This document shows, in pieces, positions 45,576 to 54,762 of a stretch of DNA of 64,000 bases; the stretch's first letter is position 1, and each line of letters opens with the position of its first letter. The notes below the pieces were generated by a model. It was given only the letters and a program-made list of their open reading frames with translations. It was not told where the DNA came from and did no database searches. The translations under genes were made by a program, and so were the position numbers. The stretch is from Frankiales bacterium (GTDB lineage: Bacteria; Actinomycetota; Actinomycetes; Mycobacteriales; SCTD01), in assembly GCA_025966135.1 (NCBI GenBank), contig JAOPVP010000054.1:539-64538 (forward strand). The letters are read 5' to 3'.

Positions 45576-46681
45576 GCGACCAGGCCGAGCCGGCGGAGCT
45601 CCACCGTGAGGTCGTGCGGCGAGGTCGAGGCGGCCATCGCCGCCTCGAGGGTGATGACGCCGTCGCGGATGAACGAGACCAGGTGCTGGTCGAAGGTCTG
45701 CATGCCGTAGTAGGAGCCGTCGGCGATCAGCCCCGGGATGGTCGAGGTCTTGTCGGGGTCGGCGATCGCGTCGGCGATACGGCCGGTGTTGACCGCGATC
45801 TCCATGACCACGCAGCGGCCCTCGCCGTCGGCGCGCGGCACCAGGCGCTGGCAGATGATTCCGCGGAGCGAACCGGCGAGCGCGAGGCGGACCTGCTTCT
45901 GCTCGTGCGGCGGGAAGAAGTCGATGATGCGGTTGATGGTCTCGGCTGCGTCCGTGGTGTGGAGCGTGGACATGACGAAGTGGCCGGTCTCGGCAGCGGC
46001 CAGGCCGGCCTTCACGGTCTCGTGGTCGCGCATCTCACCGACGAGGATGACGTCAGGGTCCTGGCGCATGGCGGCGCGCATCGCCGTGACGAAGTCCTCG
46101 GTGTCCACCCGGACCTCGCGCTGGTTGACCATCGCCATCTTGTCGAAGTGCAGCACCTCGATCGGGTCCTCGATCGTGACGACGTGCACCTCCTTGTTGG
46201 TGTTGATGTGGTCGATCATCCCGGCCAGCGTGGTGGTCTTGCCCGAACCGGTGGGCCCTGTCACGAGCACCAGACCGCGGGGCTCCATCGCCAGCGACGC
46301 AAGGACAGCCGGCAGGCCGAGATCGGTCAGTGGGATGGCCCCGACGCTGACGCGACGGAAGACCAGGCCGCACGACCCGCGGCTGCGGAAGGCGTTGACG
46401 CGGAACCGGCCGACCCCGGCCAGCGAGTAGGCGAAGTCGGCCTCGTTGCTCCGGTTGAACTCCTCGACGAGGTCCTCGCGGAGAACCTCGCTCACCATCT
46501 GGTCGGTGTCCTCGCTGGTCAGGTCGCGTGTCTGAAGCTTGCGCAGACGGCCGTCGATGCGGACGCGCGGCGGGGAGCCGACCTTGCAGTGCAGGTCGGA
46601 ACCGCCGCACTCCACCAGAGCACGGAGGAAGGGCTCGATCGAGGAGGTCACCCAGGGTGCTTCGGCGCGTTGTGTGCGCAT
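45572..46681 (-). CDS. pilT: PilT-family type IV pilus retraction-type ATPase (no other pilus gene in this window)
   Basis: Inside ORF 45572..46744, starting at ATG 46681. Walker [11 protein letters not shown], Walker [11 protein letters not shown], and [12 protein letters not shown]. Confidence 0.85.
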   Translation of the reverse strand: MRTQRAEAPWVTSSIEPFLRALVECGGSDLHCKVGSPPRVRIDGRLRKLQTRDLTSEDTDQMVSEVLREDLVEEFNRSNEADFAYSLAGVGRFRVNAFRSRGSCGLVFRRVSVGAIPLTDLGLPAVLASLAMEPRGLVLVTGPTGSGKTTTLAGMIDHINTNKEVHVVTIEDPIEVLHFDKMAMVNQREVRVDTEDFVTAMRAAMRQDPDVILVGEMRDHETVKAGLAAAETGHFVMSTLHTTDAAETINRIIDFFPPHEQKQVRLALAGSLRGIICQRLVPRADGEGRCVVMEIAVNTGRIADAIADPDKTSTIPGLIADGSYYGMQTFDQHLVSFIRDGVITLEAAMAASTSPHDLTVELRRLGLVA

Positions 46682-46700
46682 CTTGACCGCGGCGTTCGGG

Positions 46701-48098
46701 CTACCTGAGGCCGGCCATCCAGGCTTCGACGCCGTCAGGGTCACGCGGGAGGGCCCCGGACAGGTTGACGTGACCGTCCTCGGTGATCAGGACGTCGTCC
46801 TCGATCCGTACGCCGATGCCGCGCAGGTCCTCGGGGACGAGCAGGTCGTCGGGCTGGAAGTACAGGCCAGGCTCCACGGTCAGGACGACCCCGGGCTGCA
46901 AGGTCCCGTCCCGGTAGCTCTCGTCGCGTGCGTGAGCGCAGTCGTGCACGTCGAGGCCGAGCAGATGGCTCACCCCGTGCAGGGTCCAGCGGCTGTAGCG
47001 CTTGTCGTCGTCGGCCAGGACCTCCTGCGCCGACTCCACGATCCCCATCTCCTCCAGCCCCTCGGCGAGGACCTTCATGGCGGCCTTGTGCGGGTCGGTG
47101 AACGCAGCTCCGGGCTTGCACTCGGCCAACGCGGCCTCCTGCGAGCGGTAGACCAGGTCGTAGACCTGTCGCTGGCGGGGCGTCCAGGTGCCGTTGACCG
47201 GCAGCGTGCGGGTGATGTCGGCGGTGTAGAGCTCGTGCCCCTCGACACCCATGTCGAGCAAGATCAGCTCGCCGTCCCGGACCTGGCCGTCGTTGTCGGT
47301 CCAGTGCAGCGTGCAGGCATGCGCCCCGGCCGCGCAGATTGAGCCGTAACCGACGTCGTTGCCCTCCACCCGGGCGCGGAGCCCGAACACTCCCTCCGCC
47401 CAGCGCTCGGACGTGGCCTGCGCTTGCGGCAAGGCCCGGGCGACGTCCTCGAAGCCCTTGATGGTGGCGTCGACGGCCTTCTGCAGCTGCTCGATCTCCC
47501 AGGCGTCCTTGATGAGCCGGGCCTCCCCGAGCCAGGTCGCGAGCTCCTTGTCGCTGTCCTCATCGACCTCGAACAGCGCCTCCACCTTGGCGTCGTACCC
47601 CCGCAGGACGCGGGCCTTCGTGCCCTGCAGCTTCTCGAGCTCCTCGAGCGGCCGGGTCGTGATGCCCAGCTCGGCGGCCACAGCGTCGAGGGACGGACGC
47701 GGGCCAACCCACAGCTCGCCCTGGCGGTCGGTGAAGAAGGCCGGTGTCGTGCGGTCCCAGGACGGCGCCTGGTAAAGCAGGGCCTCCCCGTCGGCTTCGA
47801 TCACCAGCACGGCGTCCGGCTCAGGCGAGCCGGCCAGCCAGGTGAAGTCGCTGCCCGGCCGGAACCGGAAGTCGGTGTCGTTGGCGCGGACCTTCAGGCC
47901 GCCACTGGGGACCACCAGCACCTCGCCGGCGAAGCGCGCGGCCAGCCGCTGCCGCCGGGTCCTGCGGTGCGGCGCCGCGTCACCCTCGGCGGACAGCGTC
48001 CGGTCCTTCTCGGCCCAGCCGGTGCTCATGAACTCGAGCAGCTTCGCCGGCCGCTTCGGGTCGTGGCTCGCGGTCCCGTCGGTGGTCTCGTCGGTCAT
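46701..48098 (-). CDS. Xaa-Pro aminopeptidase (M24B, aminopeptidase P family)
   Basis: 465-aa ORF with ILLDMGVEGHELYTADITRT, HGVSHLLGLDVHD, VLTVEPGLY and GVRIEDDVLIT. Confidence 0.9.
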   Translation of the reverse strand: MTDETTDGTASHDPKRPAKLLEFMSTGWAEKDRTLSAEGDAAPHRRTRRQRLAARFAGEVLVVPSGGLKVRANDTDFRFRPGSDFTWLAGSPEPDAVLVIEADGEALLYQAPSWDRTTPAFFTDRQGELWVGPRPSLDAVAAELGITTRPLEELEKLQGTKARVLRGYDAKVEALFEVDEDSDKELATWLGEARLIKDAWEIEQLQKAVDATIKGFEDVARALPQAQATSERWAEGVFGLRARVEGNDVGYGSICAAGAHACTLHWTDNDGQVRDGELILLDMGVEGHELYTADITRTLPVNGTWTPRQRQVYDLVYRSQEAALAECKPGAAFTDPHKAAMKVLAEGLEEMGIVESAQEVLADDDKRYSRWTLHGVSHLLGLDVHDCAHARDESYRDGTLQPGVVLTVEPGLYFQPDDLLVPEDLRGIGVRIEDDVLITEDGHVNLSGALPRDPDGVEAWMAGLR

Positions 48099-48141
48099 GT
48101 GTCGAGGGTACGGCGCGGCCCCTCGCCCTGTCCCCGAGCTG

Positions 48142-48909
48142 TCAGCGACCGGCCCAGACCGGGGGGCGCTTCTGCAGGAAGGCCGTGACGCCCTCGCTGG
48201 CGTCCTGCGTCGTGTTGAGCAACGACAGCTGGGCCTGCATCGCGTCGAGGCCGGCCGCCAGCGAGGACTCCATCGCGGCGTGGAAGGCCTGCTTGCCCAG
48301 CCGGACGGCGACGGGCGGCTTGTTGGCGAGGGACTCCGCCAGAGCGAGCGACTCGCGCACCAGCTCGACGTGCGGGACGACCCTGCTGATCAGGCCCATG
48401 TCGAGGGCTTCGGCGGCGGGCACCCGCCGGGCGCTGAGCATCATCTCCATGGCGCGCTTGGGGCTGACGTGCCGGGCCAGCAGGGCGCTGACCATGAACG
48501 GCCACAGCCCCAGGTCGACCTCCGGCAGCCCGAAGGCGGCGTCGTCCGAGGCCAGCACGATGTCGCAGCCCAGGATGAGACCGACACCGCCCGCGAGGCA
48601 CAACCCCTGAACGCCCGCGATCACCGGGATGGGGCACGCCTGCATCGCGAGGACGACCTCCCGCAACAGGCCGCGGCCCTCGTGCACCTCCAGCCCGGTC
48701 GCGTCGGGAGCCATCTGCACCAGGTCCGCGCCGGAGCTGAACACCTTCTCACCGGCGCTGGTCACGAGCACGACGCGAGCGTCACGGGGATCGCGGAGGG
48801 CCTCGAGGATGCCGCGAAGCACCTCGGCGTTGAGGGCGTTGCGCTTGGGCTCCCGGTCGATGTGCAGCCGCAGCACCAGGTCCTCACGGCTCGTGGCAAG
48901 GTCGCTCAC
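48142..48909 (-). CDS. Enoyl-CoA hydratase/isomerase (crotonase) family protein
   Basis: Inside ORF 48142..49083. GTG 48909 is preceded by GGAGGA. Sequence: REPKRNALN, KVFSSGADL, and GVQGLCLAGGVGLILGCDIVLAS. Confidence 0.85.
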   Translation of the reverse strand: MSDLATSREDLVLRLHIDREPKRNALNAEVLRGILEALRDPRDARVVLVTSAGEKVFSSGADLVQMAPDATGLEVHEGRGLLREVVLAMQACPIPVIAGVQGLCLAGGVGLILGCDIVLASDDAAFGLPEVDLGLWPFMVSALLARHVSPKRAMEMMLSARRVPAAEALDMGLISRVVPHVELVRESLALAESLANKPPVAVRLGKQAFHAAMESSLAAGLDAMQAQLSLLNTTQDASEGVTAFLQKRPPVWAGR

Positions 48910-49646
48910 GACGGTCCTCCGAGTGCTTCCGGACGGGGTACGACGGGTCCTTCGATGTCGAGGTGGTCCCAGGCCTCGCAGGCCCGGTCGTAGGCGCTGT
49001 CGCGGTCGGGTCCCCACGCGGTGAGGACCGCCAGCAGCGGGTCCACCGGTCGACTCCCTGGGGCGACGGCGAGGTCGACCCACACGTCGTCGCCCGAGGG
49101 CAGGTGCACGGCCGTGACTGGCGCCAGGGTGGCGGCGAGGATGTCGACCGAGACGGCCACGCCGTCACGAGCGACCCCTTCAGCCTGGCCGGTGAGGGTG
49201 GCGCACGTCAGGTCCAAGCCGGTGACCACCTCGGCGGAGCGGGAGGCGACCGGCGGCAGCGGGAAGGACTGCTCGGTGCAGCGCGCCTCCACGACGCCGT
49301 CGCCGACCGCGAGCTCGACCGGCACGTGCAGCGTGCCGCCGAGCCACTCCAGCTGGGCGGCCAGCACCGCGTCCTCCAGCCCCGCCAGCTCGACGGTGAC
49401 GGGATGGACGGCCTGGGCACCGGCCTGCCGGGCAGCCTCGACCAGCTTGAGGACGTCGCCGTACGAGGCGGTGGTGGGGCCCAGGAGCACGCTCTCGTCG
49501 GCGAGGGTCGTGTGCAGGGCCGTGGCGTCGAGGTCGGTGTGGACGCTGACAGCCTTGATGCCGCGACCTTGCAGGGCACGCAGCACGCGTACGGCGGCCA
49601 CGCCACGGTCGATGACGAGCACGGTGTCCGGCACGACCAGCGACAC
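48906..49646 (-). CDS. Biotin-carboxylase N-terminal-domain-like protein lacking a recognisable ATP-grasp core
   Basis: 246-aa ORF. DTVLVIDRGVAAVRVLRALQGRGIKAVSVHTDLDA...AGAQAVHP parallels the DTVLVANRGEIAVRV...GAQAVHPGYGFL pattern of acyl-CoA carboxylase alpha subunits. I could not find the Gly-rich ATP-grasp loop. GTGA overlap with the crotonase gene. Confidence 0.6.
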   Translation of the reverse strand: MSLVVPDTVLVIDRGVAAVRVLRALQGRGIKAVSVHTDLDATALHTTLADESVLLGPTTASYGDVLKLVEAARQAGAQAVHPVTVELAGLEDAVLAAQLEWLGGTLHVPVELAVGDGVVEARCTEQSFPLPPVASRSAEVVTGLDLTCATLTGQAEGVARDGVAVSVDILAATLAPVTAVHLPSGDDVWVDLAVAPGSRPVDPLLAVLTAWGPDRDSAYDRACEAWDHLDIEGPVVPRPEALGGPS

Positions 49647-49653
49647 TAGCGGG

Positions 49654-50202
49654 GTGGTGTTCGCCGTGGTCGTGCTGCTCGGTGCCCTTGTCGTCGGTTA
49701 CGGCGCCGGCGGCAGGCTGGACCAGCTCGGCGGCCTGTCCCTGCGCCGGGGGCGGCTCGTTGTTGCTGCGGTGGTGGCGCAGCTCGCCGGTGGACTCGTC
49801 GGGGGCAGTGCCTACCCGCTCGGGTTGGCGGTCTCCGCGGCCCTGGTGGCGGTGTTCCTGGCCTGCAACCGCGGGGTCCGCGGCACCGGGCTGGTGGCGC
49901 TCGGGCTGCTGGCCAATGCCCTCGTCGTGGGCCTCAACGGTGCCATGCCGGTGTCCTCGGAGGCCTCTGGTCGGGCCGGCATCACGACACAGGCCATCTT
50001 GTCGGGGACCGACCCGCGCCACGAGCTCGCTGGGTCCGACACCCGGCTCAGCCCGATCGGGGACGTCATCCCGGTGCTGCTGCCGGTGCACCCCGAGGTG
50101 GTGAGCGTCGGTGACGTGCTGGTCGCGGCGGGCTTGGCCCAGCTGGTGGTCGTTGGCATGACCCGCCGACGTCCAGCCCTGGAGCCGGACGAGGAAAGCT
50201 GA
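49654..50202 (+). CDS. DUF5317-like integral membrane protein
   Basis: Frame of ORF 49021..50202, starting at GTG 49654 or 49657. Sequence: VVFAVVVLLGALVVGYGAGGRLDQL...NALVVGLNGAMPV...DVIPV. The family assignment is from memory. Confidence 0.55.
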   Translation: MVFAVVVLLGALVVGYGAGGRLDQLGGLSLRRGRLVVAAVVAQLAGGLVGGSAYPLGLAVSAALVAVFLACNRGVRGTGLVALGLLANALVVGLNGAMPVSSEASGRAGITTQAILSGTDPRHELAGSDTRLSPIGDVIPVLLPVHPEVVSVGDVLVAAGLAQLVVVGMTRRRPALEPDEES

Positions 50203-50265
50203 GCGCAGGTCGCTCAACTCAAGTTCTGTGGCACCCTTTGCGGAACCGTCAAGAGGAGACACCCC

Positions 50266-50340
50266 ATGGCCAAGAAGGGCCGCAAGCGTCGCGCCCGTAA
50301 GAAGTCCGCCGCCAACCACGGCAAGCGTCCCAACGCCTGA
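50266..50340 (+). CDS. 50S ribosomal protein bL37 (24 aa, actinobacteria-specific); not in the ORF track
   Basis: My translation: MAKKGRKRRARKKSAANHGKRPNA, then stop. GAGGAG lies 7 nt upstream. It closely resembles the mycobacterial bL37 sequence as I recall it (…KANHGKRPNA). Confidence 0.75.
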   Translation: MAKKGRKRRARKKSAANHGKRPNA

Positions 50341-50346
50341 CCGCCG

Positions 50347-50378
50347 CTGAAGGCCCTCGCACCCGCGGGGGCCTTCAG
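50347..50378. terminator. Candidate bidirectional terminator hairpin between bL37 and the converging epimerase gene
   Basis: CTGAAGGCCC (50347..50356) pairs with GGGCCTTCAG (50369..50378) around a 12-nt loop. It overlaps the epimerase stop codon. There is no U-tract. Confidence 0.45.
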
Positions 50379-51310
50379 TGCGTGCGGACCCAGGCCACGG
50401 TCTGGGCGACCCCGTCGGCGAGGGCCCAGGACGGCTCCCACCCCAGCGAGCGACGGGCCGCCCCGCTGTCGAGCGCAATGGCCTGCAGCTCGCCTGGCCG
50501 CACCGGCGCGAACTCCGGTGCGTCCACCACGCCGACCGCCCTCGCGACCAGCGCGTGCAGCTCACGGACCGTGGTCGGGACCCCGCTGCCGATGTTGAAC
50601 CGACGTCCGTCGCCCTTCCCGCCGAGGCACCGCAGGAAGGCGTCCACGACGTCCTCGACATGCACGTAGTCCCGGCTGCTCGAGCCGTCACCGAAGATCC
50701 GCGCGGTCTTCCCGGCCAGCAGCGTACGAGCGAAGATCGCGATCACCCCGGCTTCGCCGTGCGGATTCTGCCGCGGCCCGTAGACGTTGCCGAGCCGCAG
50801 CGAGACCCCCTGCAGACCGTGCAGCCGGCGGTAGGCGTCGAGGTAGATCTCCCCTGCCACCTTGGCCGCCCCGTAGGGCGAGGTCGGGTGCAGGGCAGCG
50901 CGTTCGGAGACGGGGAGGCGATCGGGGTCGCCGTACACGGTCCCACCGCTGGAGGCGAAGACGACGCGAGGCACCCCTGCGCGTACGCAGGCGTCCAGGA
51001 CGTTGACCGTCCCGAGCACGTTGGTGCGGGTGTCGCGCAGGGGATCCGCCACGGACATGCGCACGTCCATCTGCGCTGCCAGGTGGCAGACCACGTCCGG
51101 GGCGTCGCGGGCGACGAGCTCGACCAGGTCAGTGCTCGTGACGTCGAACCGATGGAAGCTCAGTCGCTTGGTCCTGCGGGCGTCGGCCAGGTTTGCGAGC
51201 CTGCCGGTCGAGAGGTCGTCGATCCCGCTGACGCGGTGACCGTCAGCCGCCAGGCGGTCGACGAGGTGACTGCCGACGAACCCGGCGGCCCCGGTCACGA
51301 GAACCCTCAC
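50375..51310 (-). CDS. NAD-dependent epimerase/dehydratase (extended SDR)
   Basis: ORF 50375..51328. GTG 51310 forms a GTGA overlap with the galE stop. Sequence: VLVTGAAGFVGSHLV and the catalytic YGAAKVAGE. Confidence 0.85.
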   Translation of the reverse strand: MRVLVTGAAGFVGSHLVDRLAADGHRVSGIDDLSTGRLANLADARRTKRLSFHRFDVTSTDLVELVARDAPDVVCHLAAQMDVRMSVADPLRDTRTNVLGTVNVLDACVRAGVPRVVFASSGGTVYGDPDRLPVSERAALHPTSPYGAAKVAGEIYLDAYRRLHGLQGVSLRLGNVYGPRQNPHGEAGVIAIFARTLLAGKTARIFGDGSSSRDYVHVEDVVDAFLRCLGGKGDGRRFNIGSGVPTTVRELHALVARAVGVVDAPEFAPVRPGELQAIALDSGAARRSLGWEPSWALADGVAQTVAWVRTH

Positions 51311-52263
51311 GGATGCCGCAGCTGCCATCCCGCCCAGGCGCTCGCGACCATCTGCTCCAGGTCGTGCTCAGCCCGGAAACCAAGGTCTTCGGCGATCCGG
51401 TCGACGGACGCCACCACGCGCGCCGGGTCGCCGGGCCGGCGGTCGACGATGTCGTAGGCCACCTCGAGCCCGGTCACCTGCCCGATGACCTCGAGGACCT
51501 CCAGCACGCTGCTTCCCGTGCCCCGACCGATGTTGTACGTCGAGCCCGTCGACCCCGCGTCGAGCGTGCGGGCGGCCGTCAGGTGCGCCTCCGCGATGTC
51601 GGCGACGTGGACGTAGTCCCGGATACAGGTGCCGTCGGGCGTCGGGTAGTCGTCGCCGAACACCCGCGGGCGCTCGCCCTTGGCGAGGGCTTGGAAGACG
51701 AGCGGGACGAGGTTGAAGACACCGGGATCACCCAGCTCCGGTATTGCAGCGCCGGCGACGTTGAAGTAGCGCATACACATGACGCGCAGCCCGTACGCGA
51801 TGGCGCAGTCCCTCAACAGCCACTCCCCGACGAGCTTGGTCTCGCCGTAGGGGCTGAGCGGGTCCTTAGGGGTGTCCTCGGTGACCAGCTCGACGTCGGG
51901 CATGCCGTACGTCGCGGCACTGCTGGAGAACACGAAGCGGTCGACGCCCCCGTCGCGGCAGGCCTCGAGCAGCGCGAGCAGGCCGTCGACGTTCTCCCGG
52001 TAGTAGCGCAAGGGCTCCGCGACGGACTCACCGACCTGCTTCTTGGCAGCGATGTGCACGACGCCCGTGACGCCGTGCATCGCGTCGGCGAGAGCCGTCG
52101 GGTCGAGCAGGCTCCCCGGCACGAACCGGGCGGCAGGATCGAGCCTGTCAGGGGTGCCGGTGGACAGGTCATCGAGCACGACGACCTGCTGGCCGTCCTG
52201 CACCATCGCACGCACCACGTGCGCCCCGATGTAGCCCGCCCCACCCGTCACGAGCCACGTCAT
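51307..52263 (-). CDS. galE: UDP-glucose 4-epimerase
   Basis: 318-aa ORF with WLVTGGAGYIGAHVV, SSSAATYG, YGETKLVGE and RYFNVAGA. Confidence 0.88.
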   Translation of the reverse strand: MTWLVTGGAGYIGAHVVRAMVQDGQQVVVLDDLSTGTPDRLDPAARFVPGSLLDPTALADAMHGVTGVVHIAAKKQVGESVAEPLRYYRENVDGLLALLEACRDGGVDRFVFSSSAATYGMPDVELVTEDTPKDPLSPYGETKLVGEWLLRDCAIAYGLRVMCMRYFNVAGAAIPELGDPGVFNLVPLVFQALAKGERPRVFGDDYPTPDGTCIRDYVHVADIAEAHLTAARTLDAGSTGSTYNIGRGTGSSVLEVLEVIGQVTGLEVAYDIVDRRPGDPARVVASVDRIAEDLGFRAEHDLEQMVASAWAGWQLRHP

Positions 52264-52320
52264 GAGAGCGAGATTAGCGGTGCAGGGGTGAAGCGAGGCT
52301 GGTCGCCCGCTGGGAGATCG

Positions 52321-52602
52321 CTAGTCCGCGCGGAACTCGACCTGGTCGATCTCGATGCGGACCTGCTTGATCCGCAGCAGGACCCGATCACGGAGGTCGA
52401 TCGGCGCTGCCTCCGCACAGGACCGGGCGACAAGGGCCTTCACGGCCTGCTCGAGGCCGTACTGCCGCAGGCAGGGCGCGCACTCGTCGAGATGGATCCG
52501 GATGTGGTCATGGTCGTCGTCCCCGGCCTCGCCGTCGAGGTACAGGTAGACCTTCTCGAGTACCTCGCTGCAGGGGGTCTCGTGCGGTTCGCCGCAGCTC
52601 AT
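52321..52602 (-). CDS. rsrA: Zinc-binding anti-sigma factor RsrA/RshA (ZAS family)
   Basis: 93-aa ORF with an N-terminal Cys (PCSEV) and the ZAS motif HLDECAPC. It lies directly downstream of sigR. Confidence 0.9.
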   Translation of the reverse strand: MSCGEPHETPCSEVLEKVYLYLDGEAGDDDHDHIRIHLDECAPCLRQYGLEQAVKALVARSCAEAAPIDLRDRVLLRIKQVRIEIDQVEFRAD

Positions 52603-52633
52603 GCGTCGCCCCCCATGCCATCGCCCCTACCGT

Positions 52634-53353
52634 TCATGATTGTGCCTTCACCAGTCCGCGCTCCACCGCGTAATCGGCGAGCAGGGTCCTCAGTCCACGC
52701 CGACCACGGTGCAGGCGGGACATGACGGTCCCGATCGGCGTGCCCATGATGTCCGCTATCTCCTTGTAGGAGAAGCCCTCGACGTCGGCGAGGTAGACGG
52801 CCATCCGGAAGTCGTCGGGAAGCTTCTGCAGGGCGTCCTTGACATCGCTGTCGGGGAGGTGGTCCAAGGCCTCCATCTCGGCGCTGCGCAGGCCGGTGGA
52901 GGTGTGCGCCTCAGCCGCAGCGATCTGCCAGTCCTCGATCTGCTCGGTGGGGGACTGCAGCGGCTGCCGCTGCTTCTTGCGGTAGCTGTTGATGAACGTG
53001 TTGGTGAGGATCCGGTACAGCCAGGCCTTGAGGTTGGTGCCCTCTTCGAACTGGTGGAAGGCGGCGAAGGCCTTCACGAAGGTCTCCTGCACCAGGTCCT
53101 CTGCGTCCGCCGGGTTGCGCGTCATGCGCAGCCCAGCAGAGTAGAGCTGGTCGAGGAAGGGCAGCGCATCCCGCTCGAAGCGTGCGGTCCGCTGCTCGCT
53201 GGTCTCGTCGACCGTGCCCACCTCCTCCGGAACCGTTGACTCTACGGCCCTCGGTTCGTAAGGGAGCAGCGAGGGGATGCCCGCAGGTCCCAACCACGCC
53301 ACCAAGGTGCGGGGGTCGACGGTGGGCCGCTGTTCACAGCCACTGCGACTCAT
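52634..53353 (-). CDS. sigR: ECF sigma factor SigR/SigH (long isoform start)
   Basis: ORF 52634..53395. ATG 53353 has AAGGAGGA 8 nt upstream. Region 2: [20 protein letters not shown]. Region 4: [25 protein letters not shown]. Confidence 0.9.
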   Translation of the reverse strand: MSRSGCEQRPTVDPRTLVAWLGPAGIPSLLPYEPRAVESTVPEEVGTVDETSEQRTARFERDALPFLDQLYSAGLRMTRNPADAEDLVQETFVKAFAAFHQFEEGTNLKAWLYRILTNTFINSYRKKQRQPLQSPTEQIEDWQIAAAEAHTSTGLRSAEMEALDHLPDSDVKDALQKLPDDFRMAVYLADVEGFSYKEIADIMGTPIGTVMSRLHRGRRGLRTLLADYAVERGLVKAQS

Positions 53354-53390
53354 CAACAGGGTCCTCCTTGTCGCGGGCGTCGTTGTCCTC

Positions 53391-53417
53391 AACACCTGCG
53401 AACGGCGAAGTCATTCC
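53391..53417 (-). promoter_or_regulatory. SigR/SigH-type ECF promoter (GGAAT-N19-GTT) upstream of sigR
   Basis: Gene strand: GGAATgacttcgccgttcgcaggtGTTg. GGAAT is the reverse complement of 53413..53417 and GTT is the reverse complement of 53391..53393. It lies about 40 nt upstream of ATG 53353. Confidence 0.55.
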
Positions 53418-53442
53418 GGCGCCCGCCACGTAGGCTGGGGCC

Positions 53443-54144
53443 ATGCAGCACGACAGGCACGCCGGGGCGCACAGCACTGGGCCCGGTGCAGGTCACCACC
53501 CCGCGGTGGAGCAGTACCTCGAGACCATCCTCGAGCTGGAGGAGTTCGGGATCCCGCCCATGCGGGCCCGACTGGTGGATCGCCTCGGCGTCAGCGCGCC
53601 GGCCGTCAGTGAGACCGTCAAGCGCCTCGAGCGGGAGGGTTACCTCACTCTCGACAGCGACCGGGTCCTGCACCTCACCGAGTCCGGCCGGGAGTACGCC
53701 ACCGCCGTCCTGCGTCGTCACCGGCTCGCCGAGCTGCTCCTCGTGGACGTGCTGAAGGTCCCGTGGTCACAGGTCCACGAGGAGGCCTGCCGGCTCGAGC
53801 ACGCGATCAGCGACAACCTCGAGTCGCACCTGGTCAAGCTCCTGGGCGACCCCGGGGCCTGCCCACACGGCAACCCCATCCCGGGGTCAGCCAACGTGGT
53901 CGACCCGGGCCCGCTGCAGCCGCTCGCGAGCGTCCCGTCCGGCACGCCGTGCGTCGTACGACGGATCGACGAGCACCTGCAGACCCAGCTGGACCACATG
54001 CGCGAGCTGGAGCAGGCGCGGCTGCTGCCGGGCCAGCGGGTGACGGTGAGCGAGGGCGACGACGACCTGATCGTGCTCAACGTCGATGGGGTCACGGTCG
54101 CACTCGAGCGGATCGTGGCGACCGAGGTCTACGTCAGCCTGTAG
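53443..54144 (+). CDS. DtxR/IdeR/MntR-family metal-dependent transcriptional regulator
   Basis: 233-aa ORF with VEQYLETILELEE, VSAPAVSETVKRLEREGYL, RRHRLAELLL, VHEEACRLEH and CPHGNPIP. It has a C-terminal SH3-like domain. An alternative GTG start lies near 53506. Confidence 0.88.
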   Translation: MQHDRHAGAHSTGPGAGHHPAVEQYLETILELEEFGIPPMRARLVDRLGVSAPAVSETVKRLEREGYLTLDSDRVLHLTESGREYATAVLRRHRLAELLLVDVLKVPWSQVHEEACRLEHAISDNLESHLVKLLGDPGACPHGNPIPGSANVVDPGPLQPLASVPSGTPCVVRRIDEHLQTQLDHMRELEQARLLPGQRVTVSEGDDDLIVLNVDGVTVALERIVATEVYVSL

Positions 54145-54739
54145 CTCGCTGCCGGGAGCTGAGCCACTCCCGGACTGTGCTCTGGACCTGCGGCCCGGCC
54201 GGCTCCCGGCCCTTGGCGACCCGGAAGCCGTGGTCGGCGCCTGGCACCAGGCGGGATCCCGGAGGCATCCCGAACGCGTCACGGTCCCCCTGCACGACCA
54301 GGAGGGGTACGGCCACGCCCAGCAGCTCGCCGATCCTCGTCCGCTCCGGCCGCCCCGGCGGGTGCAGGGGGAAGGCGAGGCACAGCACGGCGTCCGCGCC
54401 CACCTGCTTCGCCGTACGACAGGCGACCCGTGCGCCGGCACTGCGCCCACCCACGACGAGTGGGGCGCCCGACAGGGTGGCGAGGACATCCACCCAGGCG
54501 GCATCGAGCCGCGTCGGCGCCTCGGCGATCTTGCGGCCGCGGACCCGCCAGGGCTGCTCGACGAGGGCGACCCGCCAGCCGAGCGACAGGCCGGCGTCAC
54601 GGGCAGCGAGGAGGTCGAGCGCCTCGATCCCACCTCCGGCGCCGTGGCCCAGCACGAGCAGCGGGTTGCCCCGCCCGGACAGGTGGACGCGCGCAACCCC
54701 GACGGCCGTCTCGACGTCGGTCGTGGAGGTGAGAGGCAC
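54134..54739 (-). CDS. Alpha/beta-fold hydrolase family protein (short, dienelactone-hydrolase-like)
   Basis: Inside ORF 54134..55192, starting at GTG 54739. Sequence: LLVLGHGAGGG, nucleophile elbow GGRSAGARVA, and VVQGDRDAFG. Confidence 0.7.
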   Translation of the reverse strand: MPLTSTTDVETAVGVARVHLSGRGNPLLVLGHGAGGGIEALDLLAARDAGLSLGWRVALVEQPWRVRGRKIAEAPTRLDAAWVDVLATLSGAPLVVGGRSAGARVACRTAKQVGADAVLCLAFPLHPPGRPERTRIGELLGVAVPLLVVQGDRDAFGMPPGSRLVPGADHGFRVAKGREPAGPQVQSTVREWLSSRQRATG

Positions 54740-54762
54740 GTCGGAAAGGGTAGGAGGCGGCC

